Positions 18,790-27,257 of a DNA stretch of 64,000 nucleotides are shown here, in pieces. The notes under the pieces were generated by a model, which worked only from the letters and a program-made list of their open reading frames with translations, was not told where the DNA came from and ran no database searches. A program made the translations under genes and the position numbers. Position 1 is the first letter of the stretch. Each line of letters begins with the position of its first letter. The DNA comes from Ignavibacteriota bacterium. Its GTDB lineage: Bacteria > Bacteroidota > Ignavibacteria > UBA10030 > CAVZMI01. Location: assembly GCA_963776275.1 (NCBI GenBank), contig CAVZMI010000023.1, positions 1 to 64,000 on the forward strand. Direction: 5' to 3'.

Positions 18790-20219
18790 TGAATGATCGC
18801 TCCCCGAAAAAGTGGATACACAAAGAATCTGTTTGGGTACGATGTATGGCGAAATTAAAGTCATTATGGACAGTTCTTCTTTTAATGAAAAGACGTGCCG
18901 GCAGCATAAAAAATACGATCGATAAGTCATTAAAAGCAGTTGTGAAGAATGGGATCCGAAGGGGCATTCGTTTCTACCGTGCCAGGGCTCCTATTGAAAG
19001 ATTTGAAAGCAAAACAACTATGGGAACTGTTTTATTTGTCGGACACGATGCCTTGCTGGCAGGAGCGCAATTATTACTTCTTAGTTTAATCAAATGGCTT
19101 AGCGAACATACCGGGATAGAAATTAAAATAATACTTCTCCGTGGTGGTGTGCTTCTTGGTAGGTTTAAAAAAATCGCTCCTGTTTTGATATGGAAAGATT
19201 TTATTGGCAAATATCCTGACGAAAAAAAAAGGAAAAGGATCTTATATAAATTTGTCGGAAAGCCTGATTTGATTTATGGAAATACCGTGCTTTCATCCGC
19301 TATTTATGATGAGTTGAAGTATCTTCATGTTCCTTATGTGACACATGTTCATGAGCTTGAAAAATCGATAAAAATGTATGCTGAAAAAACCACTATAGAA
19401 AAAATGCGACTATATACCCATAACTTTATCGCTTGTTCGAATCCGGTCGGATTGAATCTGAAAAACAATCACAATATTGACCCTGGAAAAATCACAACGA
19501 TTCACGAATTCATAGAAGACAGGGAAATAAATTTTACTCATCCCAAGAAAGATCTTCAAAAAAAACTAGGCTTAATTAAAGACGGGTTGATTGTTCTTGG
19601 TTGCGGCTCAATATATTGGAGGAAAGGTGTTGATCTTTTCATTGAAACCGCCTTGATGTTAAAGCGAAAAGGCCTCTCAAACTTCCATTTTTATTGGATA
19701 GGAGAACAAGTTTGGGATTCAGATCCTGCCTCTCAAATGATTTGTTCCTGGGATAAACTCGAACTCAAGATGCTTCATAATGGACTAAAAAACCACATTA
19801 CTTTCCTTGGGGTGAAAGATAATGTCTTTGATTATTTCCTTGCAGGTGATCTGTTTTATTTGCCTTCCAGGGAGGATCCGTTCCCACTGGCCTGTCTTGA
19901 AGCGGCTCAATGCAGTATTCCCGTTATTTGTTTTAAAAATGCAGGGGGGATGCCCGATTTTGTCGAAGATGACGCGGGGTTTGCTGTCCCCTACGAAGAT
20001 GTCAATGAAGCGGCCGAAAAAATAATTTACTTGAATAACAATCGTGGCAGGTTAAGAGAGCTTGGTGCGACAGCAAGGGAAAAAATTCTTTTACGCCATA
20101 GTTTGGATATCGCCGCTCCTAAAATTCTCGATTTTTGCCAAAAGGTGGTAAACCTACAGCCGGCTGTTTCGACTATCGTCCCGAATTATAATCGCAAAAA
20201 GTACTTCGAAAAAAAATGA
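18789..20219 (+). CDS. GT4 glycosyltransferase ending in a truncated GT2 N-terminus
   Basis: Motifs GHDALLAGAQ, HVHE, WRKGVDLF and SREDPFPLACLEAA; tail PAVSTIVPNYN. Confidence 0.85.
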   Translation: MNDRSPKKWIHKESVWVRCMAKLKSLWTVLLLMKRRAGSIKNTIDKSLKAVVKNGIRRGIRFYRARAPIERFESKTTMGTVLFVGHDALLAGAQLLLLSLIKWLSEHTGIEIKIILLRGGVLLGRFKKIAPVLIWKDFIGKYPDEKKRKRILYKFVGKPDLIYGNTVLSSAIYDELKYLHVPYVTHVHELEKSIKMYAEKTTIEKMRLYTHNFIACSNPVGLNLKNNHNIDPGKITTIHEFIEDREINFTHPKKDLQKKLGLIKDGLIVLGCGSIYWRKGVDLFIETALMLKRKGLSNFHFYWIGEQVWDSDPASQMICSWDKLELKMLHNGLKNHITFLGVKDNVFDYFLAGDLFYLPSREDPFPLACLEAAQCSIPVICFKNAGGMPDFVEDDAGFAVPYEDVNEAAEKIIYLNNNRGRLRELGATAREKILLRHSLDIAAPKILDFCQKVVNLQPAVSTIVPNYNRKKYFEKK

Positions 20220-20235
20220 AACGGTATTCTAAATA

Positions 20236-20330
20236 GGTGATTATAAATATATTGCCGATGCTGTATCGGCACTATCTGGATATCTCGAGTTTCGCTCGAA
20301 GAAGGTGTCGCTCGCACCGTGAAGTGTTGG
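20236..20330 (+). pseudogene. NAD-dependent epimerase/dehydratase remnant
   Basis: GDYKYIADAVSAL, then in another frame WISRVSLEEGVARTVKCW, matching the SDR epimerase RDxxYxxD and WxPxxSLEEGLxRT motifs. Confidence 0.55.
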
Positions 20331-20357
20331 TGTTCGAAAAAGGGAGAAAGGCGATAT

Positions 20358-21299
20358 ATGGAAAACGATAATATAATAAAAGCTGCGCAATACTGGGATA
20401 AGAATGTGCATATACGCGATAAAGCCTCTACACAGATGATTAATTGGTTGAACTCTCCACTTGTCGGAAAATACTGCCTCAATAAACTCAAGGTTGGAGA
20501 TAAGATTATGAGCGTTTTCCAGTGGTTGCCGTGGGTCAAAGAAAAATACATACCGGAAGTTTTGGATTATGGGCTTTCTTTTGGGTGCGGTGACGGCACG
20601 CTTGAGCGGCAAGGATTATCAATGAATATATGTAAAGAGTTTGACGCCTTTGATATATCTAAACGATCCATAAGCATCGCTGTAGAGGAAGCTAAGAAGA
20701 AGGGGGTATCTAACAGATTACATTATCTGGCTGCAGATATAAATCATATTAAACTCGAAACCGATAAATACAATATTGTTTTTTTTAACTCTGCTATGCA
20801 TCATTTTCATAATTTAGAACATGTGATAAAGGAGACTCAAAAAAGCCTGGGAAAAAATGGGTTACTTGTCGCTAACGAGTTTATCGGGCCATCACAGTTT
20901 CAATGGACAGAAAAACAACTGCAAATCATGAATAAGCTTTTACAATTATTACCGCTAAGACTTAGATATGACGTTACAACAGGTCGAACAAAATTGCCGA
21001 TTGACAAGCCGACTGTTGAACATATGAATACGAATGATCCGTCCGAAGCAATACGTTCTGCGGAGATAATCAATTTTCTTGAAAAATCATTTGAGATTAT
21101 TGAAAGGATTGACTTTGGCGGAACCATCCTACATTATTTATTGCATGGAATTATTGATAATTTTGATGCATCCAGGGAGGATGATATTGCTATACTAAAA
21201 ATGTTGGGCTATATAGAAGATATTTTGATTAGAGAGAGTGTGTTGTCGAGCGATTTTACGATTATAGTCGCAAGAAATAAAAAGTCGGTGTCTATTTAA
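20358..21299 (+). CDS. Class I SAM-dependent methyltransferase
   Basis: Motifs LSFGCGDG, FDIS, AMHH, NEFIGP and DPSEAIRS. Confidence 0.88.
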   Translation: MENDNIIKAAQYWDKNVHIRDKASTQMINWLNSPLVGKYCLNKLKVGDKIMSVFQWLPWVKEKYIPEVLDYGLSFGCGDGTLERQGLSMNICKEFDAFDISKRSISIAVEEAKKKGVSNRLHYLAADINHIKLETDKYNIVFFNSAMHHFHNLEHVIKETQKSLGKNGLLVANEFIGPSQFQWTEKQLQIMNKLLQLLPLRLRYDVTTGRTKLPIDKPTVEHMNTNDPSEAIRSAEIINFLEKSFEIIERIDFGGTILHYLLHGIIDNFDASREDDIAILKMLGYIEDILIRESVLSSDFTIIVARNKKSVSI

Positions 21300-21377
21300 T
21301 GTCCAAGTTTCGAAAAGGATTGCGGCACAGGTGAAAGGTATACGATTATTCAACATTATCAATGATACGACAGTGGA

Positions 21378-22190
21378 GTGAATATACAGGAGTTGTATAT
21401 GAATTCAGAATACATAGATTTGAGCGCTGAAAAAGAGAAATTAATGCTGGAGTATCCGGAGGAATCGTTAGAGTTCAATTTGCTTAAGAAGGTCAAAAGC
21501 ACGATATCTAAAAAAGATGATATGTACTTTGGAAATGCCGATCATTATTTAAAGGTTGGTTTGTCGGCAATTCAGTGTATTAACGATTCCATTAGTAACG
21601 TTGAGAATCCCAAGATTATTAATATTCTTGATATGCCTTGTGGTTATGGAAGGGTGCTGAGGTTCTTATGCCAACGATTTCCAAATGCAAATCTCGCTGC
21701 TATGGATATAGTTGAAGAAGGGGTCGATTTCTGCACGCATACGTTTGGGGTTCAGGGAATCTATTCTAAAAAGAGACTGGACTTATTAACAGTCGGGAGT
21801 AAATTCGATCTAATCTGGTGCAGTTCATTATTAACACATCTAGACGCAATATTTGCAGTTGACCTGCTTAATTTTTTCAACCGGCACCTTTCTGTTGGCG
21901 GGCTTCTCATTTTCTCTTCGCACGGTAAGTTTGTCTGGGAAACTATTAAAGATGGCAAAAATACCTATGGTCTGGAAAAAGGAGGGGTCTCGCAATTAAT
22001 CCGTTCTTATGCAGAATCAGGATATGGCTACGCCAATTATCCAGGACAGGCGGACTACGGTATTTCCGTCACCTCAACAGAATGGCTGCAAGGTCAATTC
22101 AATAAAATACATGGCTGGAAAGAGATTTATTGTAAAGAACAAGGATTGGATAACAATCAGGATGTTTTCTGTATTCAGAAATCCTGTTAA
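21378..22190 (+). CDS. Class I SAM-dependent methyltransferase
   Basis: Motifs ILDMPCGYGRVLR, FDLIWCSSLLTHL and LSVGGLLIFSSHG. Confidence 0.88.
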   Translation: MNIQELYMNSEYIDLSAEKEKLMLEYPEESLEFNLLKKVKSTISKKDDMYFGNADHYLKVGLSAIQCINDSISNVENPKIINILDMPCGYGRVLRFLCQRFPNANLAAMDIVEEGVDFCTHTFGVQGIYSKKRLDLLTVGSKFDLIWCSSLLTHLDAIFAVDLLNFFNRHLSVGGLLIFSSHGKFVWETIKDGKNTYGLEKGGVSQLIRSYAESGYGYANYPGQADYGISVTSTEWLQGQFNKIHGWKEIYCKEQGLDNNQDVFCIQKSC

Positions 22191-22209
22191 ATGCTTCTTG
22201 ATATATAAA

Positions 22210-23964
22210 ATGCTAAAAAGATTCTTTGCTACACTTATTCGTCGGTTCAATCTAATAAAGCGATTGTCCGTTCCTTTTCCGGAAACACGATTTATTTTTC
22301 CTCCATGGTTTTGGGTAATCTTGTTTGTATTGGCGATGATAAAGTTATGGTTGGTAAGCGCGCAAACAATGCCTGCTTATCATTCACCGCATGATGATGA
22401 GCTTTTCTTAAAACTTGCGCGACACATAGCTTCGGGCGGGTGGCTTGGAGAGTATAATAATGTAACATTAGCAAAAGAACCGTTCTATCCCTTCTGGATA
22501 GCCGTAATGTTTTGGTCAGGAGTGCCGCTCTCTCTTTCTCAACATCTTCTCTATGTTTGTACCTGCGTGGTGTTCATAATCGCAATACGGCCATTACTTC
22601 GCAATATGGCGCTGCCTTTTCTTTTTATCTACTTCGCGCTGTTGTTCCATCCAATCAGCTATGATACCGCTGTCATGGCAAGAGTGATTCGTGAAGGAAT
22701 TTATGTATCGCTTGCGTTATTGGTGTCGTCATTTGCGATAGGCATTTTATTAAGAAAAGATGTATCCTTAAAAGTGCTCATAAAGTGGAATATCGGTCTG
22801 GGGCTTTCCTTTGCTGCTTTCTGGTTGACCAGAGAAGAAGGTGTATTGATATTGCCTTCTTTGTTTCTTTTATCGGGAGCTTCGTTTATTTCTATTCTGT
22901 TATTTTCTAAGAATAAAATAAGGCGTATTATAATATGCTGTATTCCAATAATTTTTTTTGTTGGCATAATAACTTTAGTGGCAGGAGTAAATAAATTATA
23001 TTATGGTATTTTTACTACATGTGAAGAGAAACAACAGGATTTTGTCGAGGCGTATGGTTCTTTGTTGCGTGTCCAGCCGAAACAGTTTCAGCAATATCTT
23101 CAAGTTCCTCGTGAGACCCGGGAGCGCATTTATGCCGTAAGCCCTGCGTTTATGGAACTGCGTCAATTTTTAGAAGGAGACCTTGGGAAAGCATGGGGAA
23201 AATATGGTCCCTATGCCGGGAAAGACATTAGTACTCATTTTAATTGGGCATTGCGAGACGCGGTCGTGCTGGCAGGATATGGCTCGTTTGGAGATGTCGC
23301 AGCGAGGTATTACCACCGCCTATCTTCAGAGGTAAACAACGCATGTGATAAAGGTCTACTTGAGTGCTATGGACGACATAATTCTTTAGTGCCTATATGG
23401 CGCACAGAATACCTTAAACCTCTACTTTCTACTTCTGTAAGGACGGCGTTTTCAGTTATTCGTCTGGATAATTTTGTAGTTGGGCCATGCACGCCAAGCA
23501 ATGGTTCAGATGAAATAATTTATTTATTTGAGGATATTACGCAAAGCAGAATCTCACCAAGGCAGAATGATCTTCCGGTGTTGCCTTATCTACAGCGGGT
23601 AGATTCATTAAAAATGAGCGCATTGAATTTATTACTTTCGTGCTTTCGTTTTTTTATGTTTATTTTTACTTCATTAGGAATTGTTTCATACATCTGTCAT
23701 ATAGTAATAATTTTTATGAAGCGTAAGGTTAGTTTTTCATTTATCATAATGACAGCATTGTTGCTTTATGTCCTCGCTAGAATCTTTTTGGTTTCACTGC
23801 TTGATGTAACCACATGGCCGAATATAGCAAAAGATTTGACCTATCGCGCATCACTCTACCCTTTGCTTACGGCTTTTTCTTCGCTATCAATATTAGCTCT
23901 AATTTTAAAAAATGGAGAAAAATCAGACTTGTCCAAAATAGCTTTTATAAAAGAACAGTGTTAA
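22210..23964 (+). CDS. Polytopic membrane protein, putative GT-C; C-terminus altered by a MITE insertion
   Basis: HDDELF after the first TM, WLTREE, many TMs and a large loop. ATG 22210 preferred over 22009. Confidence 0.6.
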   Translation: MLKRFFATLIRRFNLIKRLSVPFPETRFIFPPWFWVILFVLAMIKLWLVSAQTMPAYHSPHDDELFLKLARHIASGGWLGEYNNVTLAKEPFYPFWIAVMFWSGVPLSLSQHLLYVCTCVVFIIAIRPLLRNMALPFLFIYFALLFHPISYDTAVMARVIREGIYVSLALLVSSFAIGILLRKDVSLKVLIKWNIGLGLSFAAFWLTREEGVLILPSLFLLSGASFISILLFSKNKIRRIIICCIPIIFFVGIITLVAGVNKLYYGIFTTCEEKQQDFVEAYGSLLRVQPKQFQQYLQVPRETRERIYAVSPAFMELRQFLEGDLGKAWGKYGPYAGKDISTHFNWALRDAVVLAGYGSFGDVAARYYHRLSSEVNNACDKGLLECYGRHNSLVPIWRTEYLKPLLSTSVRTAFSVIRLDNFVVGPCTPSNGSDEIIYLFEDITQSRISPRQNDLPVLPYLQRVDSLKMSALNLLLSCFRFFMFIFTSLGIVSYICHIVIIFMKRKVSFSFIIMTALLLYVLARIFLVSLLDVTTWPNIAKDLTYRASLYPLLTAFSSLSILALILKNGEKSDLSKIAFIKEQC

Positions 23965-24339
23965 TGGTGTCACTTTCTTTTTGAAAAGAAAGTGACAGAA
24001 AGAAAACAGGACAAAATCGCAACCCGCTTTAGGTGGCATCCCACCCGCGCTGTTGCGATGGCAGCCGCGAGTCCGTCGATCTCGGCCTTATTATTCAAGG
24101 ATAATGAGACGAATATCTTTTTATAAGCCTCGATCGAAACGCACGAAATTGCGCCAACACACGGCCTCGCTTCTTCCCGCCGCTCACCAGCGATTTTGTC
24201 GTCAAGAATTTATTTACTATTAAAAAAAGGCATTGACTAATCAAGATAGCCGAATTTGACAATTCAAAATCAAAGTGGTTCAAAAATTATATTTAGTGTG
24301 GATTTTCAGCGTTTCTTAAATTATTTTGGACAGGTCTGA
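23924..24339. mobile_element. MITE (non-autonomous IS derivative, about 416 bp)
   Basis: TIRs TCAGACTTGTCCAAAATA (23923-23940) and TATTTTGGACAGGTCTGA (24322-24339), 17/18 match. Direct repeat AGAAAAAT at 23916-23923 and 24340-24347. No transposase ORF. Confidence 0.8.
23968..24200. repeat. Structured palindromic element inside the MITE
   Basis: Hairpin TGTCACTTTCTTTT/AAAAGAAAGTGACA (23968-23997) and 11-bp IR GACAAAATCGC (24010-24020) / GCGATTTTGTC (24190-24200). Confidence 0.7.
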
Positions 24340-24455
24340 AGAAAAATATACTTTTACATTACTTACAGAAGAAAAGATGCTATACCGCAAAGTGGTACTG
24401 CATGGGAAAATCTCAATACCGGTGACGAGGAAATTATAGGTACTAGGAGTCACAG

Positions 24456-25610
24456 ATGAGTAAAATTGAACTGACAATTCTGATGCCCTCACTCAATGAG
24501 TCGGCAACTATTGCCAAGTGTATACGAAAGGCGCGTGGGTTTCTTGATCGGGAAGGAATTCATGGAGAGGTTCTAGTTGCAGACAACGATAGCACCGATG
24601 GATCGCAATCAATTGCAGAACAATCGGGTGCTCGAGTCATCCATGTCGAACAAAAAGGGTATGGAAGTGCGCTCCTTGGAGGGATTCAGGCAGCAAGGGG
24701 CACCTTCGTAATCATGGGAGATGCGGACGATAGTTATGATTTCGCCAATCTTAAACCCTTTGTCGATCGACTACGAGAAGGGTACGACCTGGTAATGGGG
24801 AACCGTTTTAAAGGAGGCATTGCCCCGGATGCTATGCCTTTTCTCCATCGCTATCTCGGCAATCCGGTTCTTACCTGGCTTGGAAAGATATTATTCCACA
24901 GTCCATGCGGTGATATTTATTGCGGACTTAGGGGATTTAAGCGGGAGAGTATATTGGACCTCGATTTACGGACAACGGGAATGGAATTTGCAATCGAAAT
25001 GATTGTAAAAGCACCGCTTCGTGGAATGAAAATAACTGAAGTTCCTACAATGTTATCACCGGACGGGCGGAGCCGACCACCTCATCTTCTAACATGGAGA
25101 GACGGGTGGCGGAGTCTCCGCTTTCTCATTTTATACAGCCCCACGTGGTTATTTCTGTATCCCGGATTTGTACTCATGGCGCTGGGTATCATCGGCGGGT
25201 CTGTGTTGATTTTTGGCGGACCTCTAAAAATCGGCTCTGTGTATCTGGATATTCATTCGCTGCTCCTTTCGAGTCTTTTGGTTATTCTTGGTTTTCAATC
25301 TATTTCATTTGCTTTTATGAGCAAATTATTTGCTATAACAGAAAAACTGTTGCCACAGAGCCGACGATTTACAAAGCTGTTTAGGTTTTTTACATTGGAA
25401 AAAGGATTAATAACGGGATTTATTGAGGTATTTTTTGGTTTCGCGGGAATAGCCTATGCGGTGATCTTATGGGGAGAGCGATCTTTTGGTGAGCTCAACG
25501 CTTCCCAGATGATGCGTGTGGTGATCCCGGCATTCACTTTTTTGGCTCTTGGCGTTCAAACCATTTTAACAAGTTTTCTCTTAAGTTTCATCGGACTAAA
25601 AAGGCGATGA
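24456..25610 (+). CDS. GT2 dolichol/polyprenol-phosphate sugar synthase with C-terminal TMs
   Basis: Motifs LMPSLNE, KGYGSAL, MGDADDSYDF, VMGNRF and TWRDGWR; four TMs. Confidence 0.9.
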   Translation: MSKIELTILMPSLNESATIAKCIRKARGFLDREGIHGEVLVADNDSTDGSQSIAEQSGARVIHVEQKGYGSALLGGIQAARGTFVIMGDADDSYDFANLKPFVDRLREGYDLVMGNRFKGGIAPDAMPFLHRYLGNPVLTWLGKILFHSPCGDIYCGLRGFKRESILDLDLRTTGMEFAIEMIVKAPLRGMKITEVPTMLSPDGRSRPPHLLTWRDGWRSLRFLILYSPTWLFLYPGFVLMALGIIGGSVLIFGGPLKIGSVYLDIHSLLLSSLLVILGFQSISFAFMSKLFAITEKLLPQSRRFTKLFRFFTLEKGLITGFIEVFFGFAGIAYAVILWGERSFGELNASQMMRVVIPAFTFLALGVQTILTSFLLSFIGLKRR

Positions 25611-26227
25611 AGATTATTGATCTGCTGCACGAGAAATTTATTTACCAGCGGCGCATAAAAATCCTTGCCCATCATCTTGCGAAACTCATCCCTCCTAATG
25701 CTAGTGTATTGGATGTCGGTTGTGGCGATGGCCTGCTTGACCGGACGATAATGACTCTCCGTACCGATATAACAATCTTTGGAATAGACGTTCTCATACG
25801 CGGGACTTCACATATCGCCATGCGGAAGTTCGATGGAAAAAACATTCCGTTCGACAGTTCAAGATTTGATGTCGTAATGTTTATCGATGTGCTTCATCAT
25901 ACAAAAAATCCCGAGGATTTACTAAAAGAAGCGATGAGAGTGTCGCGGGGAATACTTGTGTTGAAAGATCATCTCAAGCACGGAATATTTGCAGGAACAA
26001 TACTGAAATTAATGGATGATATCGGCAATTATCGACATGGTATTAATCTAGTCTATAATTACTTCACAAAAAAAGAATGGGATAAAACATTTGCATCGCT
26101 CGGATTATCTGTGACCAATTGGGACACCGTGATCCGTTTGTATCCTTGGCCGTTGAGTTTAGTTTTTGGTCGAATTCTCCATTTCATTGTGAGGTTGAAT
26201 CTTCCACAGAAATATTATTTACAATAA
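25607..26227 (+). CDS. Class I SAM methyltransferase (type 11-like)
   Basis: Motifs VLDVGCGDG and DVLHH; ATGA overlap with the upstream gene. Confidence 0.88.
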   Translation: MKIIDLLHEKFIYQRRIKILAHHLAKLIPPNASVLDVGCGDGLLDRTIMTLRTDITIFGIDVLIRGTSHIAMRKFDGKNIPFDSSRFDVVMFIDVLHHTKNPEDLLKEAMRVSRGILVLKDHLKHGIFAGTILKLMDDIGNYRHGINLVYNYFTKKEWDKTFASLGLSVTNWDTVIRLYPWPLSLVFGRILHFIVRLNLPQKYYLQ

Positions 26228-26241
26228 CAGGGATATCAACA

Positions 26242-26790
26242 GTGCGAAAGCTGGATCGAGCAATACAGCTGTTGCGTATAAAAAAAGCTGTTCAATTCAT
26301 ACCTGACGGAGCATCTGTCCTGGATATCGGTTGCATGGAAGGTGAATTGTTTAAGTATCTTGGTGATCGCATTGGATCGGGTATAGGTGTGGATCCGAGA
26401 CTTCCTTCCCCTGTTCGTACACCTCGCTATACACTTATCCGCGGACGATGGCCCGAAGATGTACCTCCGACTATGGCGTTCGATGTGGTAACCCTCCTTG
26501 CGGTTATCGAGCACTTACCCGAAGATATACTTGCAATCTTCAGTTCACGGTGTGCTCAGATGATGAAACCGGGAGGTCGATTGATCCTCACGGTTCCTTC
26601 CCCATTTGTTGATGTTTTGTTGCGTGTCCTTAAGACTTTGAGGCTCATGGATGCTATAGCGTTTGAAGAACATCATGGTTTTGTTCCGGCAAATATTTTT
26701 GAATTTATTGGTTCGCCATATTTTCGTCTATATCATCATGAACGTTTTGAATTTGGGTTTAATCATATATTTGTGTTCGCAAGGATCTGA
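26242..26790 (+). CDS. Class I SAM methyltransferase
   Basis: Motifs VLDIGCMEG, LAVIEHL and MKPGGRLILTVP; GTG 26242. Confidence 0.85.
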   Translation: MRKLDRAIQLLRIKKAVQFIPDGASVLDIGCMEGELFKYLGDRIGSGIGVDPRLPSPVRTPRYTLIRGRWPEDVPPTMAFDVVTLLAVIEHLPEDILAIFSSRCAQMMKPGGRLILTVPSPFVDVLLRVLKTLRLMDAIAFEEHHGFVPANIFEFIGSPYFRLYHHERFEFGFNHIFVFARI

Positions 26791-26848
26791 ATTCTAAATT
26801 GTGAATTCTTAAAAACGAGTTTACCGCAGCGCTTTGAATTCTAATCAC

Positions 26849-26944
26849 TAATCGGTATAAATCATGATCGTTCTTCATGACGGACAAATTGTCAATGAAG
26901 GAAATGCCGCAGAGATGATTTCCTGGTATAGTGGAAGGGTCTGA
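26849..26944 (+). pseudogene. wzt: Internally deleted wzt remnant
   Basis: 26849-26870 matches 15728-15749 at 21/22, then continues as the homologue of 16392-16465 (MIVLHDGQIVNEGNAAEMISWY). Confidence 0.85.
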
Positions 26945-27257
26945 ACGCTAAGAATAGGAGATTATTTATACGGTCTACTCTGAAAAAGTCTGCTCCGCTT
27001 TACTTTCATATATAGCATCTACGCATCATGAAGTTCGCCGGAATGATGTACTGTTTTAAACCAGTTAAAATATTAGTGCTTTAATATTAATTAAGAAATC
27101 ATTACATTTATAAAGGAATTTACGATGGTGAATTCTTTATTAAAATCTATTTTAGTAATATAAAAGGATGGGGGGTACTGAAGATACTCCATTGTAAGAG
27201 TATAACTGCCCTGAATTTCGATCAACAATGATGGTTTTCAAATAGTAAGGATGAAAA

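Noticed and set aside
21300-21365. Possible methyltransferase remnant (KDCGTGE)
   Set aside because: The match is too short to distinguish from chance.
22009-22209. Longer N-terminus for the membrane protein
   Set aside because: It overlaps the upstream methyltransferase by about 180 nt; ATG 22210 is more plausible.
23968-23997. Rho-independent terminator
   Set aside because: The stem is AT-rich with no U-tract on the + strand and lies inside the MITE; it is recorded as a repeat instead.
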